In this document: piece after piece, positions 11,698 to 20,642 of the stretch
How the letters are laid out: every line of letters begins with the position of its first letter
Numbering within the stretch: the first letter of the stretch is position 1
Virus record (IMG/VR): IMGVR_UViG_2690316148_000002
DNA from: a virus
Lineage: Duplodnaviria > Heunggongvirae > Uroviricota > Caudoviricetes
Length of the DNA stretch: 20,642 nucleotides
Reading direction: 5' to 3' (one strand)
Made by a program: the position numbers and the translations under genes
The notes under the pieces: generated by a model
What the model was told of the DNA's origin: nothing
Databases searched by the model: none
What the model saw: only the letters and a program-made list of their open reading frames with translations

Positions 11698-14251
11698 ACC
11701 GGTAGGCGATCTGGTCGTTGATTTGAGTCTGGATGCGGCCAGATTTGACGAGCAGATGGCCAGAGTCAGGCGTCATTTTTCCGGTACGGAAAGTGATGCG
11801 AAAAAAACAGCGGCAGTCGTTGAACAGTCGCTGAGCCGACAGGCGCTGGCTGCACAGAAAGCGGGGATTTCCGTCGGGCAGTATAAAGCCGCCATGCGTA
11901 TGCTGCCTGCACAGTTCACCGACGTGGCCACGCAGCTTGCAGGGGGGCAGAATCCCTGGCTGATCCTGCTGCAACAGGGTGGTCAGGTTAAGGACTCCTT
12001 CGGCGGGATGATCCCCATGTTCAGGGGGCTTGCCGGCGCGATCACCCTGCCGATGGTGGGGGCCACCTCGCTGGCGGTGGCGACCGGTGCGCTGGCGTAT
12101 GCCTGGTATCAGGGCAACTCAACCCTGTCCGATTTCAACAAAACGCTGGTCCTTTCCGGTAATCAGGCGGGACTGACGGCAGATCGTATGCTGGTCCTGT
12201 CCAGAGCCGGGCAGGCGGCAGGGCTGACGTTTAACCAGACCAGCGAGTCACTCAGCGCACTGGTTAAGGCGGGGGTAAGCGGTGAGGCTCAGATTGCGTC
12301 CATCAGCCAGAGTGTGGCGCGTTTCTCCTCTGCATCCGGCGTGGAGGTGGACAAGGTCGCTGAAGCCTTCGGGAAGCTGACCACAGACCCGACGTCGGGG
12401 CTGACGGCGATGGCACGCCAGTTCCATAACGTGACGGCGGAGCAGATTGCGTATGTTGCTCAGTTGCAGCGTTCCGGCGATGAAGCCGGGGCATTGCAGG
12501 CGGCGAACGAGGCCGCAACGAAAGGGTTTGATGACCAGACCCGCCGCCTGAAAGAGAACATGGGCACGCTGGAGACCTGGGCAGACAGGACTGCACGTGC
12601 ATTCAAATCCATGTGGGATGCGGTGCTGGATATTGGTCGTCCTGATACCGCGCAGGAGATGCTGATTAAGGCAGAGGCTGCGTTTAAGAAAGCAGACGAC
12701 ATCTGGAATCTGCGCAAGGATGATTATTTCGTTAACGATGAAGCACGGGCGCGTTACTGGGATGATCGTGAAAAAAAACGCCTGGAGCGGGATGCAGCCC
12801 AAAAGAGGGTAGATCAACAGCGTCAACAGGACAAAAATGCGCAGCAGCAGAGCGATACCGAAGCGTCACGGCTGAAATATACCGAAGAGGCGCAGAAGGC
12901 TTACGAACGGCTGCAGACGCCGCTGGAGAAATATACCGCCCGTCAGGAAGAACTGAACAAGGCACTGAAAGACGGAAAAATCCTGCAGGCAGATTACAAC
13001 ACGCTGATGGCGGCGGCGAAAAAGGATTATGAAGCGACGCTGAAAAAGCCGAAACAGTCCGGCGTGAAGGTGTATGCGGGCGATCGTCAGGAAGACAGTG
13101 CTCATGCGGCCCTGCTGACGCTTCAGGCAGAACTCCGGACGCTGGAGAAGCATGCCGGAGCGAATGAGAAAATCAGCCAGCAGCGCCGGGATTTGTGGAA
13201 GGCAGAAAGTCAGTTCGCGGTACTGGAGGAGGCGGCACAACGTCGCCAGCTGTCCGCACAGGAGAAATCCCTGCTGGCGCATAAAGACGAGACGCTGGAG
13301 TACAAACGCCAGCTGGCTGCACTTGGTGACAAGGTTACGTATCAGGAGCACCTGAATGCGCTGGCGCAGCAGGCGGATAAATTCGCACAGCAGCAACGGG
13401 CAAAACGGGCAGCCATTGATGCGAAAAACCGGGGGCTGACTGACCGGCAGGCAGCGCGGGAAGCCACGGAACAGCGCCTGAAGGAACAGTATGGCGATAA
13501 TCCTCTGGCGCTGAATAACGTCATGTCAGAGCAGAAAAAGACCTGGGCGGCTGAAGACCAGCTTCGCGGGAGCTGGATGGCAGGCCTGAAGTCCGGCTGG
13601 AGTGAGTGGGAAGAGAGCGCCACGGACAGTATGTCACAGGTTAAAAGTGCAGCCACGCAGACCTTTGATGGTATTGCACAGAATATGGCGGCGATGCTGA
13701 CCGGCAGTGAACAGAACTGGCGCAGCTTCACCCGCTCCGTGCTGTCCATGATGACAGAAATTCTGCTTAAGCAGGCAATGGTGGGGATTGTCGGGAGTAT
13801 CGGCAGCGCCATTGGCGGGGCTGTTGGTGGCGGCGCATCCGCGTCAGGTGGTACAGCCATTCAGGCCGCTGCGGCGAAATTCCATTTTGCAACCGGGGGA
13901 TTTACGGGAACCGGCGGCAAATATGAGCCAGCGGGGATTGTTCACCGTGGTGAATTTGTCTTCACGAAGGAGGCAACCAGCCGGATTGGCGTGGGGAATC
14001 TCTACCGGCTGATGCGCGGCTATGCGGAAGGTGGTTATGTGGGCGGTGCCGGAAGTCCGGCGCAGATGCGGCGGGCTGAAGGCATTAATTTTAATCAGAA
14101 CAATCACGTGGTGATTCAGAACGACGGTACGAATGGTCTGCCAGGTCCACAGATGATGAAGGCCGTGTATGACATGGCCCGCAAGGGTGCCCGTGATGAA
14201 ATTCAGACACAGATGCGTGATGGTGGCCTGTTCTCCGGAGGTGGACGATGA
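11690..14251 (+). CDS. H: Tail tape measure protein H
   Basis: 853-aa ORF, the same length as lambda gpH; a long predicted alpha-helical, Ala/Gln/Lys/Glu-rich central region and a Gly-rich C-terminus. Confidence 0.95.
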   Translation: MAEPVGDLVVDLSLDAARFDEQMARVRRHFSGTESDAKKTAAVVEQSLSRQALAAQKAGISVGQYKAAMRMLPAQFTDVATQLAGGQNPWLILLQQGGQVKDSFGGMIPMFRGLAGAITLPMVGATSLAVATGALAYAWYQGNSTLSDFNKTLVLSGNQAGLTADRMLVLSRAGQAAGLTFNQTSESLSALVKAGVSGEAQIASISQSVARFSSASGVEVDKVAEAFGKLTTDPTSGLTAMARQFHNVTAEQIAYVAQLQRSGDEAGALQAANEAATKGFDDQTRRLKENMGTLETWADRTARAFKSMWDAVLDIGRPDTAQEMLIKAEAAFKKADDIWNLRKDDYFVNDEARARYWDDREKKRLERDAAQKRVDQQRQQDKNAQQQSDTEASRLKYTEEAQKAYERLQTPLEKYTARQEELNKALKDGKILQADYNTLMAAAKKDYEATLKKPKQSGVKVYAGDRQEDSAHAALLTLQAELRTLEKHAGANEKISQQRRDLWKAESQFAVLEEAAQRRQLSAQEKSLLAHKDETLEYKRQLAALGDKVTYQEHLNALAQQADKFAQQQRAKRAAIDAKNRGLTDRQAAREATEQRLKEQYGDNPLALNNVMSEQKKTWAAEDQLRGSWMAGLKSGWSEWEESATDSMSQVKSAATQTFDGIAQNMAAMLTGSEQNWRSFTRSVLSMMTEILLKQAMVGIVGSIGSAIGGAVGGGASASGGTAIQAAAAKFHFATGGFTGTGGKYEPAGIVHRGEFVFTKEATSRIGVGNLYRLMRGYAEGGYVGGAGSPAQMRRAEGINFNQNNHVVIQNDGTNGLPGPQMMKAVYDMARKGARDEIQTQMRDGGLFSGGGR

Positions 14252-14577
14252 AAACCTTCCGCTGGAAAGTGAAACCCGGTATGGATGTGGCTTCGGCCCC
14301 TTCTGTAAGAAAGGTGCGCTTTGGTGATGGCTATTCCCAGCGAGCGCCTGCCGGGCTGAATGCCAACCTGAAAACGTACAGCGTGACGCTTTCTGTCCCC
14401 CGTGAGGAGGCCATGGTACTGGAGTCGTTTCTGGAAGAGCACGGGGGCTGGAAAGCCTTTCTGTGGACGCCGCCTTATGAGTGGCGGCAGATAAAGGTGA
14501 CCTGCGCAAAATGGTCGTCGCGGGTCAGTATGCTGCGTGTTGAGTTCAGCGCAGAGTTTGAACAGGTGGTGAACTGA
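14248..14577 (+). CDS. M: Tail tip protein M
   Basis: 109-aa ORF MKTFRWKVKPGMDVASAPSVRKVRFGDGYSQRAPAGLNANLKTYSVTL...; lambda gpM; ATGA overlap with H. Confidence 0.93.
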   Translation: MKTFRWKVKPGMDVASAPSVRKVRFGDGYSQRAPAGLNANLKTYSVTLSVPREEAMVLESFLEEHGGWKAFLWTPPYEWRQIKVTCAKWSSRVSMLRVEFSAEFEQVVN

Positions 14578-15275
14578 TGCAGGATATCCGGCAGGAAACA
14601 CTGAATGAATGCACCCGTGCGGAGCAGTCGGCCAGCGTGGTGCTCTGGGAAATCGATCTGACAGAGGTCGGTGGTGAACGTTATTTTTTCTGTAATGAGC
14701 AGAACGAAAAAGGTGAGCCGGTCACCTGGCAGGGGCGACAGTATCAGCCGTATCCCATTCAGGGGAGTGGTTTTGAACTGAATGGCAAAGGCACCAGTAC
14801 GCGCCCCACGCTGATGGTTTCTAACCTGTACGGTATGGTCACCGGGATGGCGGAAGATCTACAGAGTCTGGTCGGCGGAACGGTGGTCCGGCGTAAGGTT
14901 TACGCCCGTTTTCTGGATGCGGTGAACTTCGTCAACGGAAACAGTGACGCCGATCCGGAGCAGGAGGTGATCAGCCGCTGGCGCATTGAGCAGTGCAGCG
15001 AACTGAGCGCGGTGAGTGCCTCTTTTGTACTGTCCACGCCGACGGAAACAGATGGCGCTGTTTTTCCGGGACGTATCATGCTGGCCAACACCTGCACCTG
15101 GACCTATCGCGGCGATGAGTGCGGTTATCACGGTCCGGCGGTCGCGGATGAATATGACCAGCCAACGTCCGACATCACGAAGGATAAATGCAGCAAATGC
15201 CTGAGTGGCTGTAAGTTTCGCAATAACGTCGGCAACTTTGGCGGCTTCCTTTCCATTAACAAACTTTCGCAGTAA
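14577..15275 (+). CDS. L: Tail tip protein L
   Basis: 232-aa ORF MQDIRQETLNECTRAEQSASVVLWEIDLTEVGGERYFFCNEQNEKGEPVTWQGRQYQPY... with the C-terminal Cys cluster (CSKCLSGCKF); lambda gpL. Confidence 0.95.
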   Translation: MQDIRQETLNECTRAEQSASVVLWEIDLTEVGGERYFFCNEQNEKGEPVTWQGRQYQPYPIQGSGFELNGKGTSTRPTLMVSNLYGMVTGMAEDLQSLVGGTVVRRKVYARFLDAVNFVNGNSDADPEQEVISRWRIEQCSELSAVSASFVLSTPTETDGAVFPGRIMLANTCTWTYRGDECGYHGPAVADEYDQPTSDITKDKCSKCLSGCKFRNNVGNFGGFLSINKLSQ

Positions 15276-15280
15276 ATCCC

Positions 15281-16024
15281 ATGACAGAGACAGAATCAGC
15301 GATTCTGGCGCACGCCCGGCGATGTGCTCCAGCGGAGTCGTGCGGCTTCGTGGTAAGAACGCCGGAGGGGGAAAGATATTTCCCCTGCGTGAATATCTCC
15401 GGTGAGCCGGAGGCGTATTTCCGTATGTCGCCGGAAGACTGGCTGCAGGCAGAGATGCAGGGTGAGATTGTGGCACTGGTCCACAGCCACCCCGGTGGTC
15501 TGCCCTGGCTGAGTGAGGCCGACCGGCGGCTGCAGGTGCAGAGTGATTTGCCGTGGTGGCTGGTCTGCCGGGGGGCGATTCACAAGTTCCGCTGTGTGCC
15601 ACATCTTACCGGGCGGCGCTTTGAGCACGGGGTGACGGACTGTTACACGCTGTTCCGGGATGCTTACCATCTGGCGGGGATTGAGATGCCGGATTTTCAT
15701 CGTGAGGATGACTGGTGGCGTCACGGTCAGAATCTCTATCTGGATAATCTGGAGGCCACAGGGCTGTATCAGGTGCCGTTGTCAGCGGCGCAGCCGGGCG
15801 ATGTGCTGCTGTGCTGTTTTGGTTCATCGGTGCCGAATCATGCCGCCATTTACTGTGGTGACGGCGAGCTGCTGCACCATATTCCTGAACAACTGAGCAA
15901 ACGAGAGAGGTATACCGACAAATGGCAGCGACGCACACACTCCCTCTGGCGTCACCGGGCATGGCACGCATCTGCCTTTACGGGGATTTGCAACGATTTG
16001 GCCGCCGCATCGACCTTCGTGTGA
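15281..16024 (+). CDS. K: Tail tip assembly protein K (JAB/MPN metalloprotease-like domain plus NlpC/P60-like domain)
   Basis: 247-aa ORF. The N-terminal half carries a JAMM-type motif HSHPGGLPWLSEAD (H-x-H-x7-S-x2-D); the C-terminal half has a Cys (VTDCYTLF) and His (VPNHAAIY) spacing typical of NlpC/P60. The C-terminal 199 aa correspond to lambda K as conventionally annotated. Confidence 0.88.
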   Translation: MTETESAILAHARRCAPAESCGFVVRTPEGERYFPCVNISGEPEAYFRMSPEDWLQAEMQGEIVALVHSHPGGLPWLSEADRRLQVQSDLPWWLVCRGAIHKFRCVPHLTGRRFEHGVTDCYTLFRDAYHLAGIEMPDFHREDDWWRHGQNLYLDNLEATGLYQVPLSAAQPGDVLLCCFGSSVPNHAAIYCGDGELLHHIPEQLSKRERYTDKWQRRTHSLWRHRAWHASAFTGICNDLAAASTFV

Positions 16025-16593
16025 AAACGGGTGCCGAAGCCATCCGGGCGATGGCCACACAGCTCCCTGCGTTTCGTCAGAAGCTGAGCGACGGCTGGTA
16101 TCAGGTGCGTATTGCCGGGCAGGATGTTAGCACGTCCGGATTAACGGCGCAGTTACATGAGGCTCTGCCTGACGGCGCTGTGATTCATATTGTTCCCAGA
16201 GTCGCCGGGGCCAAGTCAGGTGGTGTATTCCAGATTGTCCTGGGAGCAGCCGCCATTGCCGGATCATTCTTTACCGCCGGAGCCACCCTTGCAGCATGGG
16301 GGGCTGCCATTGGTGCCGGTGGTATGACCGGCATTCTGTTTTCTCTCGGTGCCAGTATGGTGCTCGGCGGTGTGGCTCAGATGCTGGCACCGAAAGCCAG
16401 AACTCCCCGCACACAGACAACGGATAACGGTAAGCAGAACACCTATTTCTCCTCACTGGATAACATGGTTGCCCAGGGCAATGTTATGCCTGTTCTGTAT
16501 GGTGAAATGCGCGTGGGGTCACGTGTGGTATCTCAGGAGATCAGCACGGCAGACGAAGGGGACGGTGGTCAGGTTGTGGTGATTGGTCGCTGA
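15922..16593 (+). CDS. I: Tail assembly protein I
   Basis: 223-aa ORF MAATHTLPLASPGMARICLYGDLQRFGRRIDLRVKTGAEAIRAMATQLPAFRQKLSDGWYQVRIAG...; lambda gpI; overlaps the 3' end of K as in lambda. Confidence 0.93.
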   Translation: MAATHTLPLASPGMARICLYGDLQRFGRRIDLRVKTGAEAIRAMATQLPAFRQKLSDGWYQVRIAGQDVSTSGLTAQLHEALPDGAVIHIVPRVAGAKSGGVFQIVLGAAAIAGSFFTAGATLAAWGAAIGAGGMTGILFSLGASMVLGGVAQMLAPKARTPRTQTTDNGKQNTYFSSLDNMVAQGNVMPVLYGEMRVGSRVVSQEISTADEGDGGQVVVIGR

Positions 16594-16653
16594 TGCAAAA
16601 TGTTTTATGTGAAATCGCCTCCGGGCGGTTTTATCGTTTATGGAGCATGACGA

Positions 16654-16979
16654 ATGGGTAAAGGCAGCAGTAAGGGGCATACCCCGCGCGAAGCGAAGGA
16701 CAACCTGAAGTCCACGCAGCTGCTGAGTGTGATCGATGCCATCAGCGAAGGGCCGGTTGACGGTCCGGTGGATGGATTAAAAAGCGTGCTGCTGAACAGT
16801 ACGCCGGTGCTGGACAGTGAGGGGAATACCAACATCTCCGGCGTCACGGTGGTGTTCCGGGCAGGTGAGCAGGAGCAGTCACCGCCGGAGGGATTTGAAT
16901 CCTCCGGCTCCGAGACGGTGCTGGGTACGGAAGTGAAATATGACACGCCGATCACCCGGACCATCACGTCGGCAAACAT
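16654..16979 (+). pseudogene. J: Truncated 5' fragment of central tail fibre / tip attachment gene J (first copy), ending at the ambiguous base 16980
   Basis: [54 protein letters not shown]... is the lambda gpJ N-terminus. After ...TITSAN the sequence has a single n and then switches to K-internal sequence. Confidence 0.8.
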
Positions 16980-16980
16980 N

Positions 16981-17375
16981 GGGTGACGGACTGTTACACG
17001 CTGTTCCGGGATGCTTACCATCTGGCGGGGATTGAGATGCCGGATTTTCATCGCGGGGATGACTGGTGGCGTAACGGTCAGAATCTCTATCTTGACAATA
17101 TGGAGGTGACGGGTTTTTACCGTGTCGCACTGACAGAGGCACAGCCGGGCGATGTGCTGCTGTGCTGTTTTGGTTCATCGGTGCCGAATCATGCCGCCAT
17201 TTACTGTGGTGACGGCGAGCTGCTGCACCATATTCCTGAACAACTGAGCAAACGAGAGAGGTATACCGACAAATGGCAGCGACGCACACACTCCCTCTGG
17301 CGTCACCGGGCATGGCGCGCATCTGCCTTTACGGGGATTTACAACGATTTGGTCGCCGCATCGACCTTCGTGTGA
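16981..17375 (+). pseudogene. K: 3' fragment of a second, diverged K copy (NlpC/P60-like part only; no JAB domain, no start)
   Basis: Begins abruptly after the n at 16980 with VTDCYTLFRDAYHLAGIEMPDFHRGDDWWRNGQNLYLDNMEVTGFYRVALTEAQPGDV..., paralogous to K residues about 117-247 but with several substitutions. Confidence 0.75.
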
Positions 17376-17914
17376 AAACGGGGGCTGAAGCCATCCGGGC
17401 ACTGGCCACACAGCTCCCGGCGTTTCGTCAGAAACTGAGTGACGGCTGGTATCAGGTGCGCATTGCCGGGCGTGATGCAGGTGAAACCGAATTGTCTGCC
17501 CGTCTTAATGAGCCGCTGGCAAATGGTGCAGTGATCCACATAGTACCGCGTCTGGTGGGAGCTAAAAGTGGCGGTGTGTTTCAGGCGGTGCTGGGGGCGG
17601 CTGTTATGGCGGTTGCTATATGGATGCCGGGGGTAGGAATTATGGCGAGTAATCTGCTGTTTTCTCTCGGTGCCAGTATGACGCTTGGCGGTGTTGCACA
17701 GATGCTGGCACCGAAAGCCAGAACTCCCCGTACACAGACAACGGATAACGGTAAGCAGAACACGTATTTCTCGTCACTGGATAACATGGTTGCCCAGGGC
17801 AATGTTCTGCCCGTTCTGTACGGTGAAATGCGCGTGGGGTCACGTGTGGTTTCTCAGGAGATCAGCACGGCAGACGAAGGGGATGGTGGTCAGGTTGTGG
17901 TGATTGGTCGCTGA
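17273..17914 (+). CDS. I: Tail assembly protein I, second diverged copy with a replaced central segment
   Basis: 213-aa ORF; N- and C-termini nearly identical to the first I copy, but the central segment differs and is 10 aa shorter (...RDAGETELSARLNEPLANGAVIHIVPRLVGAKSGGVFQAVLGAAVMAVAIWMPGVGIMASNLLFSLG...). Confidence 0.85.
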   Translation: MAATHTLPLASPGMARICLYGDLQRFGRRIDLRVKTGAEAIRALATQLPAFRQKLSDGWYQVRIAGRDAGETELSARLNEPLANGAVIHIVPRLVGAKSGGVFQAVLGAAVMAVAIWMPGVGIMASNLLFSLGASMTLGGVAQMLAPKARTPRTQTTDNGKQNTYFSSLDNMVAQGNVLPVLYGEMRVGSRVVSQEISTADEGDGGQVVVIGR

Positions 17915-17932
17915 TGCAAAATGTTTTATGTG

Positions 17933-17956
17933 AAACCGCCTGCGGGCGGTTTTGTC
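17933..17956 (+). terminator. Hairpin plus T-rich tract in the I-J intergenic region
   Basis: AAACCGCC, loop TGCG, GGCGGTTT, followed by a T-rich tract. A weaker version sits at the equivalent place after the first I copy (about 16611-16635). Confidence 0.3.
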
Positions 17957-17974
17957 GTTTATGGAGCGTGAGGA

Positions 17975-20642
17975 ATGGGTAAAGGCAGCAGTAAGGGGCA
18001 TACCCCGCGCGAAGCGAAGGACAACCTGAAATCCACGCAGTTGCTGAGTGTGATTGATGCCATCAGCGAAGGGCCGGTTGACGGTCCGGTGGATGGATTA
18101 AAAAGCGTGCTGCTGAACGGTACGCCGGTCCTGGACAGCGAGGGGAAGACAAACTTTTCCGGTGTTACGGTGGTGTTCCGTGCAGGTGAGCAGGAGCAGA
18201 CACCGCCGGAGGGTTTTGAATCCTCCGGCTCCGAGACGGTGCTGGGTACGGAAGTGAAATATGACACGCCGATCACCCGGACCATCACGTCGGCAAACAT
18301 CGACCGTCTGCGCCTGACCTTCGGTGTGCAGGCACTGGTGGAAACCACCTCAAAGGGTGACCGGAATCCGTCGGAAGTCCGCCTGCTGGTTCAGATACAG
18401 CGTAACGGTGGCTGGGTGACGGAAAAAGACATCACCATTAAGGGCAAAACCACCTCGCAGTATCTGGCCTCGGTGGTGGTGGATAACCTGCCGCCGCGCC
18501 CGTTTAATATCCGGATGCGCAGGATGACACCGGACAGCACCACAGACCAGCTGCAGAACAAAACGCTCTGGTCGTCATACACCGAAATCATCGATGTGAA
18601 ACAGTGCTACCCGAACACGGCGCTGGTCGGCGTGCAGGTGGATTCAGAGCAGTTCGGTAACCAGCAGGTGAGTCGCAATTATCATCTTCGCGGGCGCATT
18701 CTGCAGGTGCCGTCGAACTATAATCCGCAGACGCGGCAATACAGCGGTATCTGGGACGGAACGTTAAAACCGGCATACAGCAACAACATGGCCTGGTGTC
18801 TGTGGGACATGCTCACTCATCCGCGCTACGGCATGGGGAAACGTCTTGGTGCGGCAGATGTGGACAAATGGGCGCTGTATGTCATCGGCCAGTACTGCGA
18901 CCAGTCAGTGACGGACGGATTTGGCGGCACGGAGCCGCGCATCACCTGTAACTCTTACCTGACCACACAGCGTAAGGCGTGGGATGTTCTCAGTGATTTC
19001 TGCTCGGCGATGCGCTGTATGCCGGTATGGAACGGACAGATGCTGACGTTCGTGCAGGACCGACCGTCGGATAAGGTGTGGACCTATAACCGCAGTAATG
19101 TGGTGATGCCGGACGATGGCGCGCCGTTCCGCTACAGCTTCAGCGCCCTGAAGGACCGCCATAATGCCGTTGAGGTGAACTGGATTGACCCAGATAACGG
19201 CTGGGAGACGGCGACAGAGCTTGTGGAGGATACGCAGGCCATTGCCCGTTACGGTCGTAATGTCACGAAGATGGATGCCTTTGGCTGTACCAGCCGGGGG
19301 CAGGCACACCGAGCCGGGCTGTGGCTGATTAAAACGGAACTGCTGGAAACGCAGACCGTGGACTTCAGCGTGGGCGCAGAAGGGCTTCGCCATGTACCGG
19401 GTGATGTCATTGAAATCTGCGATGATGATTATGCCGGTATCAGCACCGGTGGTCGCGTACTGGCGGTGAACAGCCAGACCCGGACGCTGACGCTCGACCG
19501 TGAAATCACGCTGCCGTCCTCCGGTACCACGCTGATAAGCCTGGTTGACGGAAGTGGCAATCCGGTCAGCGTGGAGGTCCAGTCCGTCACCGACGGCGTG
19601 AAGGTGAAAGTGAGCCGGGTTCCTGACGGCGTTGCAGAATACAGCGTGTGGGGGCTGAAGCTGCCGACGCTGCACCAGCGATTGTTCCGCTGCGTGAGTA
19701 TCCGTGAGAACGACGACGGCACGTATGCCATCACCGCCGTGCAGCATGTGCCGGAAAAAGAGGCCATCGTGGATAACGGGGCACACTTTGACGGTGACCG
19801 GCGCGGCACGGTGAATGGTGTCACGCCGCCAGCGGTGCAGCACCTGACTGCCGAAGTCACCGCAGACAGCGGGGAATATCAGGTGCTGGCGCGATGGGAC
19901 ACGCCGAAGGTGGTGAAGGGTGTGAGCTTCCTGCTTCGCCTGACCGTGGCAGCGGACGACGGCAGTGAGCGGCTGGTCAGCACAGCCAGGACGACGGAAA
20001 CCACATACCGCTTCAGGCAGCTGGCGCTGGGGAATTACAGTCTGACAGTCCGGGCGGTAAATGCCCGGGGGCAGCAGGGCGATCCGGCGTCGGTATCGTT
20101 CCGGATTGCGGCACCGGCAGCGCCTGTCACTATTGAACTGATACCGGGGTATTTTCAGATAACGGCGGTCCCGAAACTGGCTGTATATGACCCGACGGTG
20201 CAGTTTGAGTTCTGGTTTTCGGAAAAGCGGATTGCGGATATCAGGCAGGTTGAAACCAGCGCCCGCTATCTTGGCACGGCGCTGTACTGGATAGCCGCCA
20301 GTATCAATATCAAACCGGGCCATGATTATTATTTTTACGTTCGCAGTGTGAACACCGTTGGCAAATCGGCATTTGTGGAGGCCATCGGTCGGGTGAGCGA
20401 TGATGCAGAAGGTTATCTGAATTTTTATAAAGGGTTGATCAATAAAACGCATCTCGGCAAGGAGTTGTGGACGCAGATTGATAACGGTCAGCTTGCGCCG
20501 GACCTGACTGAAATCAGGACGTCCATTACGAATGTCAGCAATGAAATCACGCAAACCGTCAATAAAAAACTGGAAAATCAGAGTGCTGCAATCCAGCAGA
20601 TACAGAAAGTTCAGGTTGATACAAATAATAACCTGAACAGCA
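17975..20642 (+). CDS. J: Central tail fibre / host specificity protein J (5' 889 codons; runs off the end of the window)
   Basis: I translated the frame from ATG 17975 by hand and it stays open to the window end: [20 protein letters not shown]...[55 protein letters not shown]..., colinear with lambda gpJ. It is absent from the ORF track only because no stop is reached. Confidence 0.95.
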   Translation, partial: MGKGSSKGHTPREAKDNLKSTQLLSVIDAISEGPVDGPVDGLKSVLLNGTPVLDSEGKTNFSGVTVVFRAGEQEQTPPEGFESSGSETVLGTEVKYDTPITRTITSANIDRLRLTFGVQALVETTSKGDRNPSEVRLLVQIQRNGGWVTEKDITIKGKTTSQYLASVVVDNLPPRPFNIRMRRMTPDSTTDQLQNKTLWSSYTEIIDVKQCYPNTALVGVQVDSEQFGNQQVSRNYHLRGRILQVPSNYNPQTRQYSGIWDGTLKPAYSNNMAWCLWDMLTHPRYGMGKRLGAADVDKWALYVIGQYCDQSVTDGFGGTEPRITCNSYLTTQRKAWDVLSDFCSAMRCMPVWNGQMLTFVQDRPSDKVWTYNRSNVVMPDDGAPFRYSFSALKDRHNAVEVNWIDPDNGWETATELVEDTQAIARYGRNVTKMDAFGCTSRGQAHRAGLWLIKTELLETQTVDFSVGAEGLRHVPGDVIEICDDDYAGISTGGRVLAVNSQTRTLTLDREITLPSSGTTLISLVDGSGNPVSVEVQSVTDGVKVKVSRVPDGVAEYSVWGLKLPTLHQRLFRCVSIRENDDGTYAITAVQHVPEKEAIVDNGAHFDGDRRGTVNGVTPPAVQHLTAEVTADSGEYQVLARWDTPKVVKGVSFLLRLTVAADDGSERLVSTARTTETTYRFRQLALGNYSLTVRAVNARGQQGDPASVSFRIAAPAAPVTIELIPGYFQITAVPKLAVYDPTVQFEFWFSEKRIADIRQVETSARYLGTALYWIAASINIKPGHDYYFYVRSVNTVGKSAFVEAIGRVSDDAEGYLNFYKGLINKTHLGKELWTQIDNGQLAPDLTEIRTSITNVSNEITQTVNKKLENQSAAIQQIQKVQVDTNNNLNS

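Noticed and set aside
13844-14509. 221-aa minus-strand ORF (also 13342-13860 and 12866-13396 minus)
   Set aside because: Antisense to the tape measure gene H and to M.
14859-15602. 247-aa minus-strand ORF spanning the L-K junction
   Set aside because: Antisense to L and K, both confidently assigned; Pro/Ala/Arg-rich low-complexity translation typical of a shadow ORF.
16654-16986. ORF-track product ending ...TITSANXG across the n
   Set aside because: It is a chimeric translation spanning the ambiguous base that joins the J fragment to the second K copy, not a real C-terminus.
18905-20554. 549-aa minus-strand ORF
   Set aside because: It lies entirely antisense to the J reading frame, which translates continuously into recognisable tail fibre sequence. 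It is a shadow ORF typical of GC-rich coding DNA.

Overview
This window is the late (packaging, head, tail) region of a lambda-like siphovirus prophage from an enterobacterial genome, essentially colinear with phage lambda. All homology calls rest on my recollection of lambda proteins and gene order; no database search was run. Left to right: about 1 kb of non-lambda 'moron' sequence broken by a 305-N gap, holding a small ribbon-helix-helix-like gene and an AT-rich unknown gene on the minus strand; an internal cos site; then nu1, A, W, B, C/nu3, D, E, FI, FII, Z, U, V, G/T, H, M, L, K, I and J on the plus strand. Three anomalies stand out. Gene C carries a frame break consistent with a 19-nt deletion. 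A diverged tandem repeat of the K(3' part)-I-J(5' part) segment has its junction exactly at a single ambiguous base (16980), which suggests a misassembly or recombination between two lambdoid prophages. The cohesive-end sequence appears to differ from canonical lambda. I found no CRISPR array, tRNA or rRNA. The only candidate for an undescribed system is the gap-truncated two-gene minus-strand cassette beside cos, and the evidence for it is weak.
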